NCBI RefSeq assembly: GCF_024700885.2
Contig: NZ_CP117016.1
Length of the DNA: 64,000 nt
From: Escherichia coli
GTDB taxonomy: Bacteria; Pseudomonadota; Gammaproteobacteria; Enterobacterales; Enterobacteriaceae
Reading direction: 5' to 3' (one strand)
Shown here: piece after piece, positions 1-9,865 of the stretch
How the letters are laid out: each line of letters opens with the position of its first letter
How positions within the stretch are numbered: position 1 is the first letter of the stretch
Made by a program: the position numbers and the translations under genes
Notes under the pieces: model-generated
What the model saw: only the letters and a program-made list of their open reading frames with translations
What the model was told of the DNA's origin: nothing
Database searches by the model: none

Positions 1-223
1 CGCGAAATACCGGCGCGGAAATCATCGACTTACGCATAGGCGCAAAGTTAAATGGCACGAGGATAATGGCCAGAGGCACCAGTACCCACGCCGACCACAG
101 ACCAGCAACGCCGAGGGCGGCTGTCCAGGCGAGCAAAATCAGACTGCTGATAAATAAGCTCACGCGGTGATAGAACAACGCGCCGAGCAGGACAACCGTA
201 GCGAGAATACTCAAAATCATCAT
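1..223 (-). CDS. fadE: acyl-CoA dehydrogenase, N-terminal part only (gene continues beyond window start)
   Basis: Minus-strand translation from ATG at 221-223 gives MMILSILATVVLLGALFYHRVSLF..., recognised as the FadE N-terminus; upstream of gmhA as in E. coli. Confidence 0.8.
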   Translation of the reverse strand, partial: MMILSILATVVLLGALFYHRVSLFISSLILLAWTAALGVAGLWSAWVLVPLAIILVPFNFAPMRKSMISAPVFR

Positions 224-462
224 AACGAAAAGCCCCTTACTTGTAGGAGGTCTGACCACTTGTGATGATATGGTTGTAGTGGATGTAAAAACATTTAGCA
301 ATGTGTTTACAATATAATTACAACAAAGCTCACATTGTTGCTGTTTTTATCCGCACTTCAGGTCAAAAAGTCCTGGTCATAGCACCTGCCCGTACTTCTC
401 GCTTTTGGCGGTATCCGGTACACTGCATTTTGTCTATTACATTTATGCTGAAGGATATCCTC

Positions 463-1041
463 ATGTACCAGGATCTTATTCGTAACGAACTGAACGAAGC
501 GGCGGAAACGCTGGCTAACTTTTTAAAAGATGACGCCAATATTCACGCCATTCAGCGCGCGGCGGTCCTGTTAGCAGACAGCTTTAAAGCCGGTGGCAAA
601 GTGCTTTCCTGCGGCAACGGCGGCTCCCATTGCGACGCTATGCACTTTGCCGAAGAGTTGACCGGTCGCTACCGTGAAAACCGTCCGGGCTACCCGGCGA
701 TTGCCATTTCTGACGTTAGTCATATTTCCTGCGTCGGTAACGATTTTGGTTTCAATGATATTTTCTCCCGTTACGTTGAAGCGGTAGGTCGCGAAGGCGA
801 TGTACTGCTGGGGATCTCCACCTCCGGTAACTCTGCAAACGTGATCAAAGCGATCGCGGCGGCGCGTGAGAAGGGGATGAAAGTGATCACCCTGACCGGT
901 AAAGACGGCGGTAAAATGGCTGGCACAGCGGATATCGAAATTCGTGTTCCGCACTTTGGTTATGCCGACCGCATTCAGGAGATCCACATTAAAGTGATCC
1001 ATATCCTGATCCAGTTAATTGAAAAAGAGATGGTTAAGTAA
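463..1041 (+). CDS. gmhA: phosphoheptose (sedoheptulose-7-phosphate) isomerase
   Basis: ORF 301..1041; start trimmed to [17 protein letters not shown] (192 aa); SIS-domain sequence recognised as GmhA/LpcA. Confidence 0.93.
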
Positions 1042-1048
1042 GGTCTTT

Positions 1049-1088
1049 TCTCCCTCTCCCTTTCAGGGAGAGGGCCGGGGTGAGGGTA
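1049..1088. repeat. short intergenic palindromic repeat (ccctctccc...gggagaggg...gggtgaggg)
   Basis: Inverted repeat tccctctccctttcagggagaggg followed by ggggtgaggg; a second copy lies at 10889-10928. Confidence 0.4.
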
Positions 1089-1162
1089 ACAGCCTGAACC
1101 TTTGTACTTTTTAATCAATCTTCGCCGGGGGCCATGTGCTCCCGCTGTTGTGGAGGTTACCC

Positions 1163-1930
1163 ATGTGCGAATTGCTCGGGATGAGCGCCAACGTCCCTAC
1201 CGATATCTGCTTTAGTTTCACCGGGCTTGTACAGCGTGGTGGTGGAACCGGGCCACATAAAGATGGCTGGGGCATCACCTTTTACGAAGGTAAAGGCTGT
1301 CGCACATTTAAAGATCCACAACCCAGCTTTAATTCCCCCATCGCCAAACTTGTCCAGGACTACCCGATAAAATCCTGTTCGGTGGTGGCTCATATTCGCC
1401 AGGCGAATCGGGGCGAGGTGGCGCTGGAAAATACTCACCCGTTTACCCGCGAGTTATGGGGGCGTAACTGGACTTATGCCCATAATGGGCAACTGACGGG
1501 CTATAAATCACTGGAAACCGGCAACTTCCGCCCGGTCGGTGAAACCGACAGCGAAAAAGCCTTCTGCTGGCTCCTGCATAAATTAACGCAGCGTTACCCG
1601 CGCACACCGGGCAACATGGCGGCAGTGTTTAAATATATCGCCTCACTGGCGGATGAACTGCGGCAGAAGGGCGTTTTCAACATGCTGCTTTCTGACGGGC
1701 GCTATGTAATGGCGTATTGCTCGACTAATTTACACTGGATCACCCGCCGCGCGCCGTTTGGCGTGGCAACGTTGCTGGATCAGGATGTGGAAATCGACTT
1801 CAGCTCGCAGACCACACCGAATGATGTGGTCACGGTGATTGCGACACAGCCGCTGACGGGCAATGAAACCTGGCAAAAGATTATGCCAGGCGAATGGCGC
1901 TTATTTTGCCTCGGGGAGCGTGTAGTTTGA
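1163..1930 (+). CDS. yafJ: class II (Ntn-type) glutamine amidotransferase
   Basis: ORF 1136..1930; start trimmed to MCELLGMS (Cys directly after Met, typical of Ntn amidotransferases); 255 aa. Confidence 0.85.
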   Translation: MCELLGMSANVPTDICFSFTGLVQRGGGTGPHKDGWGITFYEGKGCRTFKDPQPSFNSPIAKLVQDYPIKSCSVVAHIRQANRGEVALENTHPFTRELWGRNWTYAHNGQLTGYKSLETGNFRPVGETDSEKAFCWLLHKLTQRYPRTPGNMAAVFKYIASLADELRQKGVFNMLLSDGRYVMAYCSTNLHWITRRAPFGVATLLDQDVEIDFSSQTTPNDVVTVIATQPLTGNETWQKIMPGEWRLFCLGERVV

Positions 1931-2641
1931 TGCCAGCTGTGGCTGCACAACTTCGTGGCTTAACGGCTTGCTGACCACGTAACGACCATTGACCACAGAA
2001 ACGGTCGGTGGCTTACGGGTTTGCTCAAAGTAGTCGTAACCCGGCTTCAGCTGCTCCCAGAAGTCCTTAAAGTTGGAATATTTATGGCGCTTCATATTGG
2101 CGTCGGTCATGCGGAACGGGTAAATACTCACTTGCACGCTCGGCTGACCAAAAACCAGCGCACCAGTAACGAACTGGAAGATCTCATCAATACCCTGATT
2201 GGTCATCGCGTAGCAGCCGATGGAAACACAATCGCCGTGGATCATCAGATATTTCCCTTCATAACCATGCGCACGGTCATAGGCATTGGGGAATCCAATA
2301 TTAATCGCCTTGTAGTAACGGCTGTCTGGTTTTAACTGATTACGCTGGACGCTATAAAACCCTTCCGGGCTTTTGAAATCGCCCTGACGCTGTTTTGGCC
2401 CCAAGCCGCCGGAATATTTACAGATTTTATAGCTGTCGAGCAGTTGATATTGCTCGCCCATTTTGACGTAGAGATCGAGCGTACGTTCTTCCTTGAAGAT
2501 CTGGATGTAGACAGGGGATCCCATCAACTGCTGCTTATACTCTTTGCTCACTGGCGTGGTCGAGCTACTGCTGCCCAGCAAACCGGCAAACGAAACGCAC
2601 GGGATCAACAACATCGCAAGAATTAATGCGATTTTACGCAT
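1901..2641 (-). CDS. yafK: periplasmic L,D-transpeptidase-family protein (YkuD domain)
   Basis: 246-aa ORF with N-terminal signal peptide ([19 protein letters not shown]); position and sequence match YafK. Confidence 0.85.
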   Translation of the reverse strand: MRKIALILAMLLIPCVSFAGLLGSSSSTTPVSKEYKQQLMGSPVYIQIFKEERTLDLYVKMGEQYQLLDSYKICKYSGGLGPKQRQGDFKSPEGFYSVQRNQLKPDSRYYKAINIGFPNAYDRAHGYEGKYLMIHGDCVSIGCYAMTNQGIDEIFQFVTGALVFGQPSVQVSIYPFRMTDANMKRHKYSNFKDFWEQLKPGYDYFEQTRKPPTVSVVNGRYVVSKPLSHEVVQPQLASNYTLPEAK

Positions 2642-2932
2642 ACTGCTTATTCCTTGATAAAACGGTTACACACGCCAGGACGGCAAAATAGATCCCAAAT
2701 CGGAATAGTCTGGATTTGGAAGGCTCACATTATCACCAAAAGAGTTTTACGCAAGCCTGTCGGCGCAGGGTTTACAAATTTAGCACAGGGGCAGTTTTCA
2801 ATAGTCCGAAAAGCGCATGTATCATTTATTTCCTAAGATTATGAAACCTCAATAGTAATATGCAAATAAGCAATTAATAATCCCGTTTACTCCTCCGGTC
2901 TTTTAAAATTCTCACCTTCATTCAGCCGGTTT

Positions 2933-3691
2933 ATGTCCTTCATGTCTTCGTTCTTGCTCGGCAGATTTCTGCATCCAGGCGTGTTTTCGTTATGCGTTTT
3001 GCTCCCTTTACTCGCCAGCGCCACCACATCACATATCTCATTCAGCTACGCCGCCCGCCAGCGGATGCAAAACCGTGCGCGTTTATTAAAACAGTACCAA
3101 ACCCATCTGAAAAAACAGGCCAGCTATATTGTGGAAGGCAATGCCGAAAGCAGAAAGGCGCTGCGCCAGCACAACCGCGAACAGATAAAACAGCATCCAG
3201 AATGGTTTCCTGCGCCGCTCAAGGCAAGTGACAGACGCTGGCAGGCGCTGGCGGAGAACAACCATTTCTTAAGCAGCGACCATCTACACAACATCACCGA
3301 AGTGGCGATTCACCGCCTGGAGCAGCAGCTTGGCAAGCCTTACGTCTGGGGCGGCACGCGGCCCGATCAAGGCTTCGACTGTAGCGGGTTGGTTTTTTAT
3401 GCCTACAACAAGATCCTCGAGGCGAAGCTCCCGCGCACGGCCAATGAGATGTATCACTACCATCGGGCAACGATTGTGGCGAACAACGACCTGCGCCGGG
3501 GAGATTTGCTGTTTTTCCATATTCACAGCCGTGAAATTGCCGACCATATGGGCGTGTATCTGGGAGACGGTCAGTTTATCGAGTCGCCGCGCACGGGGGA
3601 AACCATTCGGGTAAGTCGGTTAGCTGAACCTTTCTGGCAGGATCATTTTTTAGGCGCGCGGCGGATTTTGACGGAGGAGACGATTTTGTAA
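2933..3691 (+). CDS. yafL: NlpC/P60-family peptidoglycan endopeptidase lipoprotein
   Basis: 252-aa ORF with signal/lipobox-like N-terminus and the GFDCSGLVFYAY cysteine peptidase motif. Confidence 0.8.
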   Translation: MSFMSSFLLGRFLHPGVFSLCVLLPLLASATTSHISFSYAARQRMQNRARLLKQYQTHLKKQASYIVEGNAESRKALRQHNREQIKQHPEWFPAPLKASDRRWQALAENNHFLSSDHLHNITEVAIHRLEQQLGKPYVWGGTRPDQGFDCSGLVFYAYNKILEAKLPRTANEMYHYHRATIVANNDLRRGDLLFFHIHSREIADHMGVYLGDGQFIESPRTGETIRVSRLAEPFWQDHFLGARRILTEETIL

Positions 3692-3717
3692 ATGGGTAAT
3701 ATTGACGAACTGGCAAA

Positions 3718-3745
3718 AGGTCGGATGCCACGCGGCATCCGACCT
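3718..3745. terminator. REP-like palindrome between convergent genes (likely bidirectional terminator)
   Basis: aggtcggatgccacgcggcatccgacct is a near-perfect palindrome between the yafL 3' end and the 3' end of the minus-strand gene at 3748. Confidence 0.5.
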
Positions 3746-3747
3746 GT

Positions 3748-4104
3748 TTACATCTGGGCTGAAAACTCACGTTCTAAGACATCAACAATGAGCTGGTTTT
3801 TTGAAATGGAATGTTGTCTGGCGACGATGGTCAGCCGCGAATCAATGTGATGAGGAACACGAAGCGTCAGGCGTTTTTGCTCTTCTTCTTCACGAAAAGG
3901 GGCAATACCGTCCTCTTCACAATCCGCCATCCACTCATCCAGCGCGCTTTCGCCTTCACGATATAATGCCTCAATACTTGTGGCTACAAAGTCACAATAA
4001 CCGTTTACATTGAGGAACTTGCCGCGAAATGCGTTGATATCGGCTTCAAATGTCACTGCGGCTGGTTGACCTTTAATTGTGATAATGTTCGATGCTTTAT
4101 TCAT
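3748..4104 (-). CDS. HicB-like antitoxin (RNase H-like fold plus C-terminal ribbon-helix-helix)
   Basis: 118 aa; C-terminal RLTLRVPHHIDSRLTIVARQHSISKNQLIVDVLEREF looks like an RHH DNA-binding tail; 8-nt overlap with the upstream small ORF. Confidence 0.5.
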   Translation of the reverse strand: MNKASNIITIKGQPAAVTFEADINAFRGKFLNVNGYCDFVATSIEALYREGESALDEWMADCEEDGIAPFREEEEQKRLTLRVPHHIDSRLTIVARQHSISKNQLIVDVLEREFSAQM

Positions 4105-4396
4105 AATCTACCCCTACACAGTTAACAAACCACTCCTTAAGACCTGCTACTGCGCCTTTATCCATCACATTCTTTGGATGTGGCTCATGTGTGCTGAATT
4201 TGGTCGTTCCAATCTGAAATTTTCGTCTGGAGCCGTTGTTATTTTTTATTGTTCCACCCACAGCTTTAATGAGTGCAACAACATCATCCCATTTAATTCC
4301 AGATTTTGGCGGCTCCGTCATTACATCGTCGAATGTTTTTCTATGACGAGAGCCTAGCGCGCTGACCTTAATCATACTATCAATCCATGACGTCAT
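4097..4396 (-). CDS. HicA-like toxin (putative mRNA interferase)
   Basis: 99 aa; segment GSRRKFQIGTTKFSTHEPHPKNVMDKGAVAGLKEW resembles the HicA core (GSH..F....HP.K); sits upstream of and overlapping its partner. Confidence 0.45.
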   Translation of the reverse strand: MTSWIDSMIKVSALGSRHRKTFDDVMTEPPKSGIKWDDVVALIKAVGGTIKNNNGSRRKFQIGTTKFSTHEPHPKNVMDKGAVAGLKEWFVNCVGVDYE

Positions 4397-4479
4397 TGTA
4401 TGGTGTCATCGTAGTCTCTTTGCAGTGTGACGTCAATTAATGGTGTCAGGTGCTGCAAAGCATGGAAAAGATTCCTCAA

Positions 4480-6573
4480 TCAACTCAACGCCCCCATAAT
4501 CTTCAACTCCAGCTCATCCGGCACTTCGTTATACGACAGCACATGCAGCCCCGGCGCAAACAATCTCGCATAGCGCGCCAGCAAAGGACGCAACTGCGGC
4601 GGCACCAGCAGCACCGGGTCTTTCCCCGCCGCTTTCATCTGCTCCTTCACCTGCGGCATCGTGATCTGAAACTGGTTGAGCATATTCGGGTCAACCGGTA
4701 CGCTGTCGAGCATCACTTTCCCGCCCTGTTGCGCCTGATTCACCACGTTGGTCAGCAGATTTTCCAGCTCATTATTCAGCGTATACACCGTCAGCTCCTG
4801 CTTGCGAACGAGCGGATGGGTAATGCTGCGCCGTAGCGCCAGGCGCACATCAGCTGCCAGCAGAATATGATCTTTGGTCACTGTGCTACTGGCGACCAGC
4901 ACGGTGGCGATGGTGACGATATCGCGCAGGGAAACGCCTTCAGTCAGTAGCGCCCGGTACACTTTCAGCAACTGGCTGTAATTGAGCGCCGCGCTCAAAT
5001 CTTCCGCCAGTCGCGGTGCCATCGACGACAAACGGTTATGCAGCTGAGTAATATCGTCATAGTTAAACAAATCAGGAATATAGCTGCGGACAATCTTGTT
5101 CACATGGGTGGCAATCACGCTGGCGCTGTCGATCACCTGATACCCCATATTCAGCGCCTTCGCTTTCTGCGCAGGCTGAATCCAGGTGACCGGCATCCCG
5201 TACGCCGGGTCGTTCCCCAATACGCCGTCTATCTCGCCGTAGGTTTCGCTGGAGGGCAGGGCCATCAGTTTATCCGCCGGAATATCCGCTTCATCAGCCT
5301 TAATGCCGTTGATGAAAATGGCGTACTGGCTGGGCTTGAGGCGGAAATTTTCCCGAATGCGGATCTCCGGCAGCAGCACGCCGTTGCCGTCGGAAATCAC
5401 CTGCCGCACGCCGCGAATCCGCTGGGTGAGCGGGTTACCTTGGGCTTTATCGACCAGCGCCACCAGCTTGTAGCCGAGGCTTAAGCTGATGGGCTCGATC
5501 AGCGGAATGGTTTCCCAACTGACCTGTTGCTCGCTGGTTTCAGTGATAGTGCGGGTCAGCGTTTCGAGACTTTTCTCTTCTGCCTCCGCCGCCTGCGGGC
5601 GTTTGCTCATCCGCCAGCCGGTAAAGCCAAGCAGGGCGCTGAACAGCAAAAACGGCAGATGCGGCATTCCCGGCACCACCGCCAGTACGAACATGATCCC
5701 GGTGGCGGTGTAGAGCACCGACGGGCTTGCCAGCAGCTGGTGGCGCACGTCATGGGCGATATCGCCGTTGTCGCTGACGCGGGTGACGATAATCGCCGCC
5801 GCGGTGGAAAGCAGCAGGGAAGGGATCTGCGCCACCAGGCCGTCGCCGATGGTCATCAGCACATATTGCTGGAAGGCGGCGTCGGCGCTCAGGTTGTATT
5901 TGAAGATCCCGATACAGACGCCGCCGATCAGGTTGATCGCCAGAATCATCATCCCGGCTATGGCATCCCCACGCACAAACTTCGATGCCCCGTCCATCGC
6001 GCCGTAGAAATCGGCCTCGCTGGCAACATCTTTACGCCGTGTTTGCGCCTGCGCCTGGTTGATCAACCCGGCGTTAAGATCGGCGTCAATCGCCATCTGT
6101 TTGCCGGGCATCGCGTCCAGGGTAAAGCGGGCGGAAACCTCGGAAATACGCTCGGCCCCTTTGGTGACGACGATAAAGTTGATGATCATCAGGATGATAA
6201 ACACCACGAAACCGACGACAAAGTTGCCGCCAATCACCACCTGACCAAATGACTCAATCACCTTACCTGCTGCGCCCGCGCCGAGATGCCCGTGCAGTAG
6301 CACCACGCGCGTAGAAGCAACGTTCAGCGTCAGGCGCATTAAGGTGGTGATCAGCAAAATGGTCGGGAACAGGCTGAATTCCAGCGGCCTTTTCGCCGAC
6401 ACCGCCACCAGCAGCACCATCACCGCCAGCACAATGTTGAAGGTGAACAGAATATCCAGCAGCGCAGGCGGCAGCGGCAAAATAACCATCGCCAGAATAC
6501 ACAGGATCACCAGCGGCACGCCGGGATTACCGCCGCGCAGTAGCGCGAGGAACGATTTAGTTGTTTTCGCCAT
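4480..6573 (-). CDS. lfhA: flagellar export apparatus protein FlhA homologue (Flag-2 lateral system)
   Basis: 697 aa, multi-TM N-terminus and large cytoplasmic domain typical of FlhA; first gene of the Flag-2 cluster next to yafL. Confidence 0.9.
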   Translation of the reverse strand: MAKTTKSFLALLRGGNPGVPLVILCILAMVILPLPPALLDILFTFNIVLAVMVLLVAVSAKRPLEFSLFPTILLITTLMRLTLNVASTRVVLLHGHLGAGAAGKVIESFGQVVIGGNFVVGFVVFIILMIINFIVVTKGAERISEVSARFTLDAMPGKQMAIDADLNAGLINQAQAQTRRKDVASEADFYGAMDGASKFVRGDAIAGMMILAINLIGGVCIGIFKYNLSADAAFQQYVLMTIGDGLVAQIPSLLLSTAAAIIVTRVSDNGDIAHDVRHQLLASPSVLYTATGIMFVLAVVPGMPHLPFLLFSALLGFTGWRMSKRPQAAEAEEKSLETLTRTITETSEQQVSWETIPLIEPISLSLGYKLVALVDKAQGNPLTQRIRGVRQVISDGNGVLLPEIRIRENFRLKPSQYAIFINGIKADEADIPADKLMALPSSETYGEIDGVLGNDPAYGMPVTWIQPAQKAKALNMGYQVIDSASVIATHVNKIVRSYIPDLFNYDDITQLHNRLSSMAPRLAEDLSAALNYSQLLKVYRALLTEGVSLRDIVTIATVLVASSTVTKDHILLAADVRLALRRSITHPLVRKQELTVYTLNNELENLLTNVVNQAQQGGKVMLDSVPVDPNMLNQFQITMPQVKEQMKAAGKDPVLLVPPQLRPLLARYARLFAPGLHVLSYNEVPDELELKIMGALS

Positions 6574-7696
6574 CCAGTTTAAGCACCTCTTTGGGAATGG
6601 AAATATGTCTGTTCAGGGCCGGGCGCGGCTGTGCGCCGTCGCGCCAGTGTTTCATTTGCAGGACGTAGGTCAGAACGTGGGCGATGGCCCGGTAAAGCTG
6701 AAACGGAATTTGCTGGTTCACCTGGGTGGTGTAGTAAACCGAGCGCGCCAGCCGCGGGAACTCGACCACTTCCACCTGATTCTCAGCAGCGACCTGACGA
6801 ATATAGAGGGCGATTTCATCGGTGCCTTTCGCCACCACAAACGGCGCGGCGGCGCGCGACTGGTCGTACTGCAACGCTACGGCGTAGTGGGTCGGGTTGG
6901 TGATCACCACGTTGGCTTTTGGCACCACTTTGCGGATTTGCCCCATCGCCAGCTGCCGTTGCAGCCGCCGCACGCGTGCCTTCACTTCCGGCTTGCCTTC
7001 CTGATTTTTGTACTCTTCTTTCAGCTCCTGCTTGGTCATCTTCAGTCCTTTGGTGAACAGGGCTTTCGCCAGCGGCACGTCGATTAACGCAAAGAAGATA
7101 AACAGGATGACAAAGTTGCGCATCACGCTGGCGTAGAGCGATAAACCGTCATTCATCGCCAGTTTGAACGGTAGTGCCTGCAGGCCGAGAAAGGCGGCAA
7201 AGTTATTGCGCAGGCTTACCCACAGCATCACCAGCACCACCACCGACTTCACCGTCATCTTTCCCGTTTCCGCCAGATGTTCGCTGGAAAACAGTCGCCC
7301 AATGCCTTTTAACGGGCTGATTTTGCTGAAATCCGGGAGGATTTTTTTCGGCAGAAACAGCCAGCCGCCGGGCACCAGCGAAGAGAGCAGCGCGGCGGCG
7401 GGCATCGGTAGCAAGGTAAGAATAAACTTGCCGAGAATTAACAGGTGATGGCGCAGAAACTGGCCGAGCACCTGCGGGTTATTAATCTCCTGCGCATACT
7501 GATGCACGCTGATAAAACTCTCGCGTACAAAATCGGCGTACCACGGAAAACTGCTGGAGATCACCACAAACGCCGCAAACAGGCTCGCCGCTAGCCCCAT
7601 ATCCTTCGAGCGCGGCAGTTGCCCCTCTTCACGCGCTTTACGCAGCTTTTGCGCCGAGGGTTTCTCTGTTTTTTCTTCGCTGCTGCTATCCGCCAT
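6557..7696 (-). CDS. lfhB: flagellar export apparatus protein FlhB homologue
   Basis: 379 aa with FlhB-like TM region and the conserved NPTH autocleavage motif (VVITNPTHYAVAL). Confidence 0.9.
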   Translation of the reverse strand: MADSSSEEKTEKPSAQKLRKAREEGQLPRSKDMGLAASLFAAFVVISSSFPWYADFVRESFISVHQYAQEINNPQVLGQFLRHHLLILGKFILTLLPMPAAALLSSLVPGGWLFLPKKILPDFSKISPLKGIGRLFSSEHLAETGKMTVKSVVVLVMLWVSLRNNFAAFLGLQALPFKLAMNDGLSLYASVMRNFVILFIFFALIDVPLAKALFTKGLKMTKQELKEEYKNQEGKPEVKARVRRLQRQLAMGQIRKVVPKANVVITNPTHYAVALQYDQSRAAAPFVVAKGTDEIALYIRQVAAENQVEVVEFPRLARSVYYTTQVNQQIPFQLYRAIAHVLTYVLQMKHWRDGAQPRPALNRHISIPKEVLKLDGENN

Positions 7697-8468
7697 AGTG
7701 ACCTTTCAGCGCGTCGAGTTGCTGCAACACAAAATTCGCCAGATGCAGATAGTGATCCGGCAGGTTGTAGAGCAGGGTGGCGAAGCAGACCAGCCCCGCC
7801 AGCATGTTGATGGGAAAGCCGAGCGAAAAGAGGTTCAGCGGCGGCGCGATGCGGTTGAGCAGGCCAAAGCAGCCCTGCACAATCAGCATGATAAAGGTGG
7901 TCGGCAGCGCCAGCAGCGATGCGGACGCCAGCACCCAGCTAAAGGCCAGTGCGATGGTGCGCAGGGGTTGCGGATGCAGCGCGTTGCCAATCGGCCAGTA
8001 GGTGAAGCCCTTATACAAAACACTCACCAGCAACAGATGCCCGTCCATGGCAAAAAACAGCAGGATTGCGTAGACGTTGATTAACTCCGCCAGCACGGTG
8101 GTCGATGCGCCGCTGCTCGGGTCGTTCATCACCGCCATGCTCATCCCCATATTGAACGAGAGAATTTGCCCGGCCAGTTGCAGCGCCAGAAACAGAAACT
8201 GAAACATCAGCCCGAACAACATGCCCCATAATATTTGCTCCACCGTCAGGATCAGGCTGTTGAGCGATAGCAGGTCGTGGGGAATGGGATGGGGGATCAA
8301 CGGCGTGATGATGATTGCCAGCGCCAGCGACAAAATGATCCGCACACGCACGGTCAGGGCGCTGTTATCCAGCACCGGCACATAGCGCAGAAACGCCATA
8401 ATGCGCACGAAGGGAAACCACAGCCCCATCGCCAGATCCATCAGTTGCGTAACGTCGCTTGTACGCAT
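7686..8468 (-). CDS. lfiR: flagellar export apparatus protein FliR homologue
   Basis: ORF 7686..8519; start trimmed to MRTSDVTQLM so it follows the lfiQ stop; polytopic membrane protein. Confidence 0.8.
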   Translation of the reverse strand: MRTSDVTQLMDLAMGLWFPFVRIMAFLRYVPVLDNSALTVRVRIILSLALAIIITPLIPHPIPHDLLSLNSLILTVEQILWGMLFGLMFQFLFLALQLAGQILSFNMGMSMAVMNDPSSGASTTVLAELINVYAILLFFAMDGHLLLVSVLYKGFTYWPIGNALHPQPLRTIALAFSWVLASASLLALPTTFIMLIVQGCFGLLNRIAPPLNLFSLGFPINMLAGLVCFATLLYNLPDHYLHLANFVLQQLDALKGHYGG

Positions 8469-8469
8469 C

Positions 8470-8742
8470 TTAATGCACCAGCAACGCGGCCTGGGTAAAC
8501 AGATGAATACACAGATCATGCAACTGGATAATCATCCATTTGCCGCACACGCCCAGCACCACCAGCGTGACAATCAGCCTCGGCAAAAAACTCAGGGTCT
8601 GTTCGTTAATCTGCGTCACCGCCTGGAACACGCTCACCAGCAGGCCAACCAGCAGGCTCGGCACTACCAGCACGGAAACCAGCAAAATCACCACTTTTAT
8701 GCCGCTCGCGACAATGTCGGCGGCTACGTCTACGGTCAACAT
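8470..8742 (-). CDS. lfiQ: flagellar export apparatus protein FliQ homologue
   Basis: 90 aa, two TM helices, FliQ-like sequence; tightly packed between lfiP and lfiR. Confidence 0.85.
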   Translation of the reverse strand: MLTVDVAADIVASGIKVVILLVSVLVVPSLLVGLLVSVFQAVTQINEQTLSFLPRLIVTLVVLGVCGKWMIIQLHDLCIHLFTQAALLVH

Positions 8743-8744
8743 AA

Positions 8745-9497
8745 TCAGCCCAGCCCCAGCCCGCGAATGCTGGTGGTGAGCGTACCGATTGTCAGCGACC
8801 AGCCGTCGATCAGCACAAACAGCATCAGTTTAAAGGGCAGCGAAACAATCAGCGGCGACAGCATCATCATCCCCATCGCCATCAATACGCTGGCGACAAT
8901 CAGGTCGATAACCAGAAACGGGATGTAAATCATAAAGCCAATCTGGAAGGCGGTTTTCAGCTCGCTCAACACATAGGCAGGCACCACGATGGAGAGATCC
9001 TGATCGGCGGCATTGCCCTTCGCGCCGCCGATGGTCATGATTTGCGCCATCGCTTTTTTGTCGGTCTGCGCCAGCATAAAGCGTTTGAGCGGCGTCGCGG
9101 CGGTGCTTAATGCATCGGTCAGGGTAATCTGATCGTTTTCGAACGGCACTACCGCGTGGTCGTAAATATTGAGCCAGATAGGGCGCATCACCAGCATAGT
9201 GAGTGAGAGCGCAATACCAATCAAAATGCGGTTTGGCGGCGTTTGTTGCAGCCCCAGCGCCTGGCGCAGCAGCGACAGCACGATAATAAAGCGCGTAAAG
9301 CAGGTCATCATCAGCACCATCGTCGGCAGCAAACCGACGAGGGTCATCAGAATCAGTACCTGAATTTTGACGCTGTACTCCTGAGTGTTGCCGTGGGTGA
9401 CCACGTTAAGCAGCGCAATATCGCCACCCTGGGCTAACGCCAGCGGCGCAAGCGCCAGCAGCCCAAGGCCCAGCGTCAGTTGAGTGCGGCGTTTCAT
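8745..9497 (-). CDS. lfiP: flagellar export apparatus protein FliP homologue
   Basis: 250 aa with signal peptide and FliP-like TM core. Confidence 0.88.
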   Translation of the reverse strand: MKRRTQLTLGLGLLALAPLALAQGGDIALLNVVTHGNTQEYSVKIQVLILMTLVGLLPTMVLMMTCFTRFIIVLSLLRQALGLQQTPPNRILIGIALSLTMLVMRPIWLNIYDHAVVPFENDQITLTDALSTAATPLKRFMLAQTDKKAMAQIMTIGGAKGNAADQDLSIVVPAYVLSELKTAFQIGFMIYIPFLVIDLIVASVLMAMGMMMLSPLIVSLPFKLMLFVLIDGWSLTIGTLTTSIRGLGLG

Positions 9498-9865
9498 GGT
9501 GCCAGGTCGTTGATATCGCGGGTGTTAAACTCCAGCACGCGCAGGCCGTACTTCTCGTTGACCACCACCACTTCTGCTTTGCCCAACAGGATATTGTTTA
9601 CTTTAATATCCAGCGGCTCCCCGGCGAGCTTATCCAGCTCAATCACCGTGTCGTCGTCGATGTTAAGGAGGTCGGCTAACATGATCTCTACTGATGACAC
9701 TTCCAGCGTTAAGGTCACCGGAATGCGTTTTAGCAGCGTCATCGAGTCGGAAAAACGGTCTTCCAGGCGGGTGACCAGCGTTTCAGCGTCGGCAGATTTC
9801 GCGACAGGCGCAACTTCATCGGTGAGGCCAAAATCCCCGGCTAAAATATCTTCTTGCTTACTCAT
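9494..9865 (-). CDS. lfiN: flagellar motor switch protein FliN homologue
   Basis: ORF 9494..9925; start trimmed to MSKQEDIL (123 aa) directly after the lfiM stop; SpoA-like C-terminus. Confidence 0.8.
   Translation of the reverse strand: MSKQEDILAGDFGLTDEVAPVAKSADAETLVTRLEDRFSDSMTLLKRIPVTLTLEVSSVEIMLADLLNIDDDTVIELDKLAGEPLDIKVNNILLGKAEVVVVNEKYGLRVLEFNTRDINDLAP

Noticed and set aside
571-1002. 143-aa antisense ORF inside gmhA
   Set aside because: Fully embedded in a confidently identified gene on the opposite strand; no start context; typical GC-rich antisense frame.
5038-6252. Plus-strand ORFs (148 aa and 241 aa) inside lfhA
   Set aside because: Antisense to the FlhA homologue; low-complexity Arg/His/Gly-rich translations typical of shadow ORFs.
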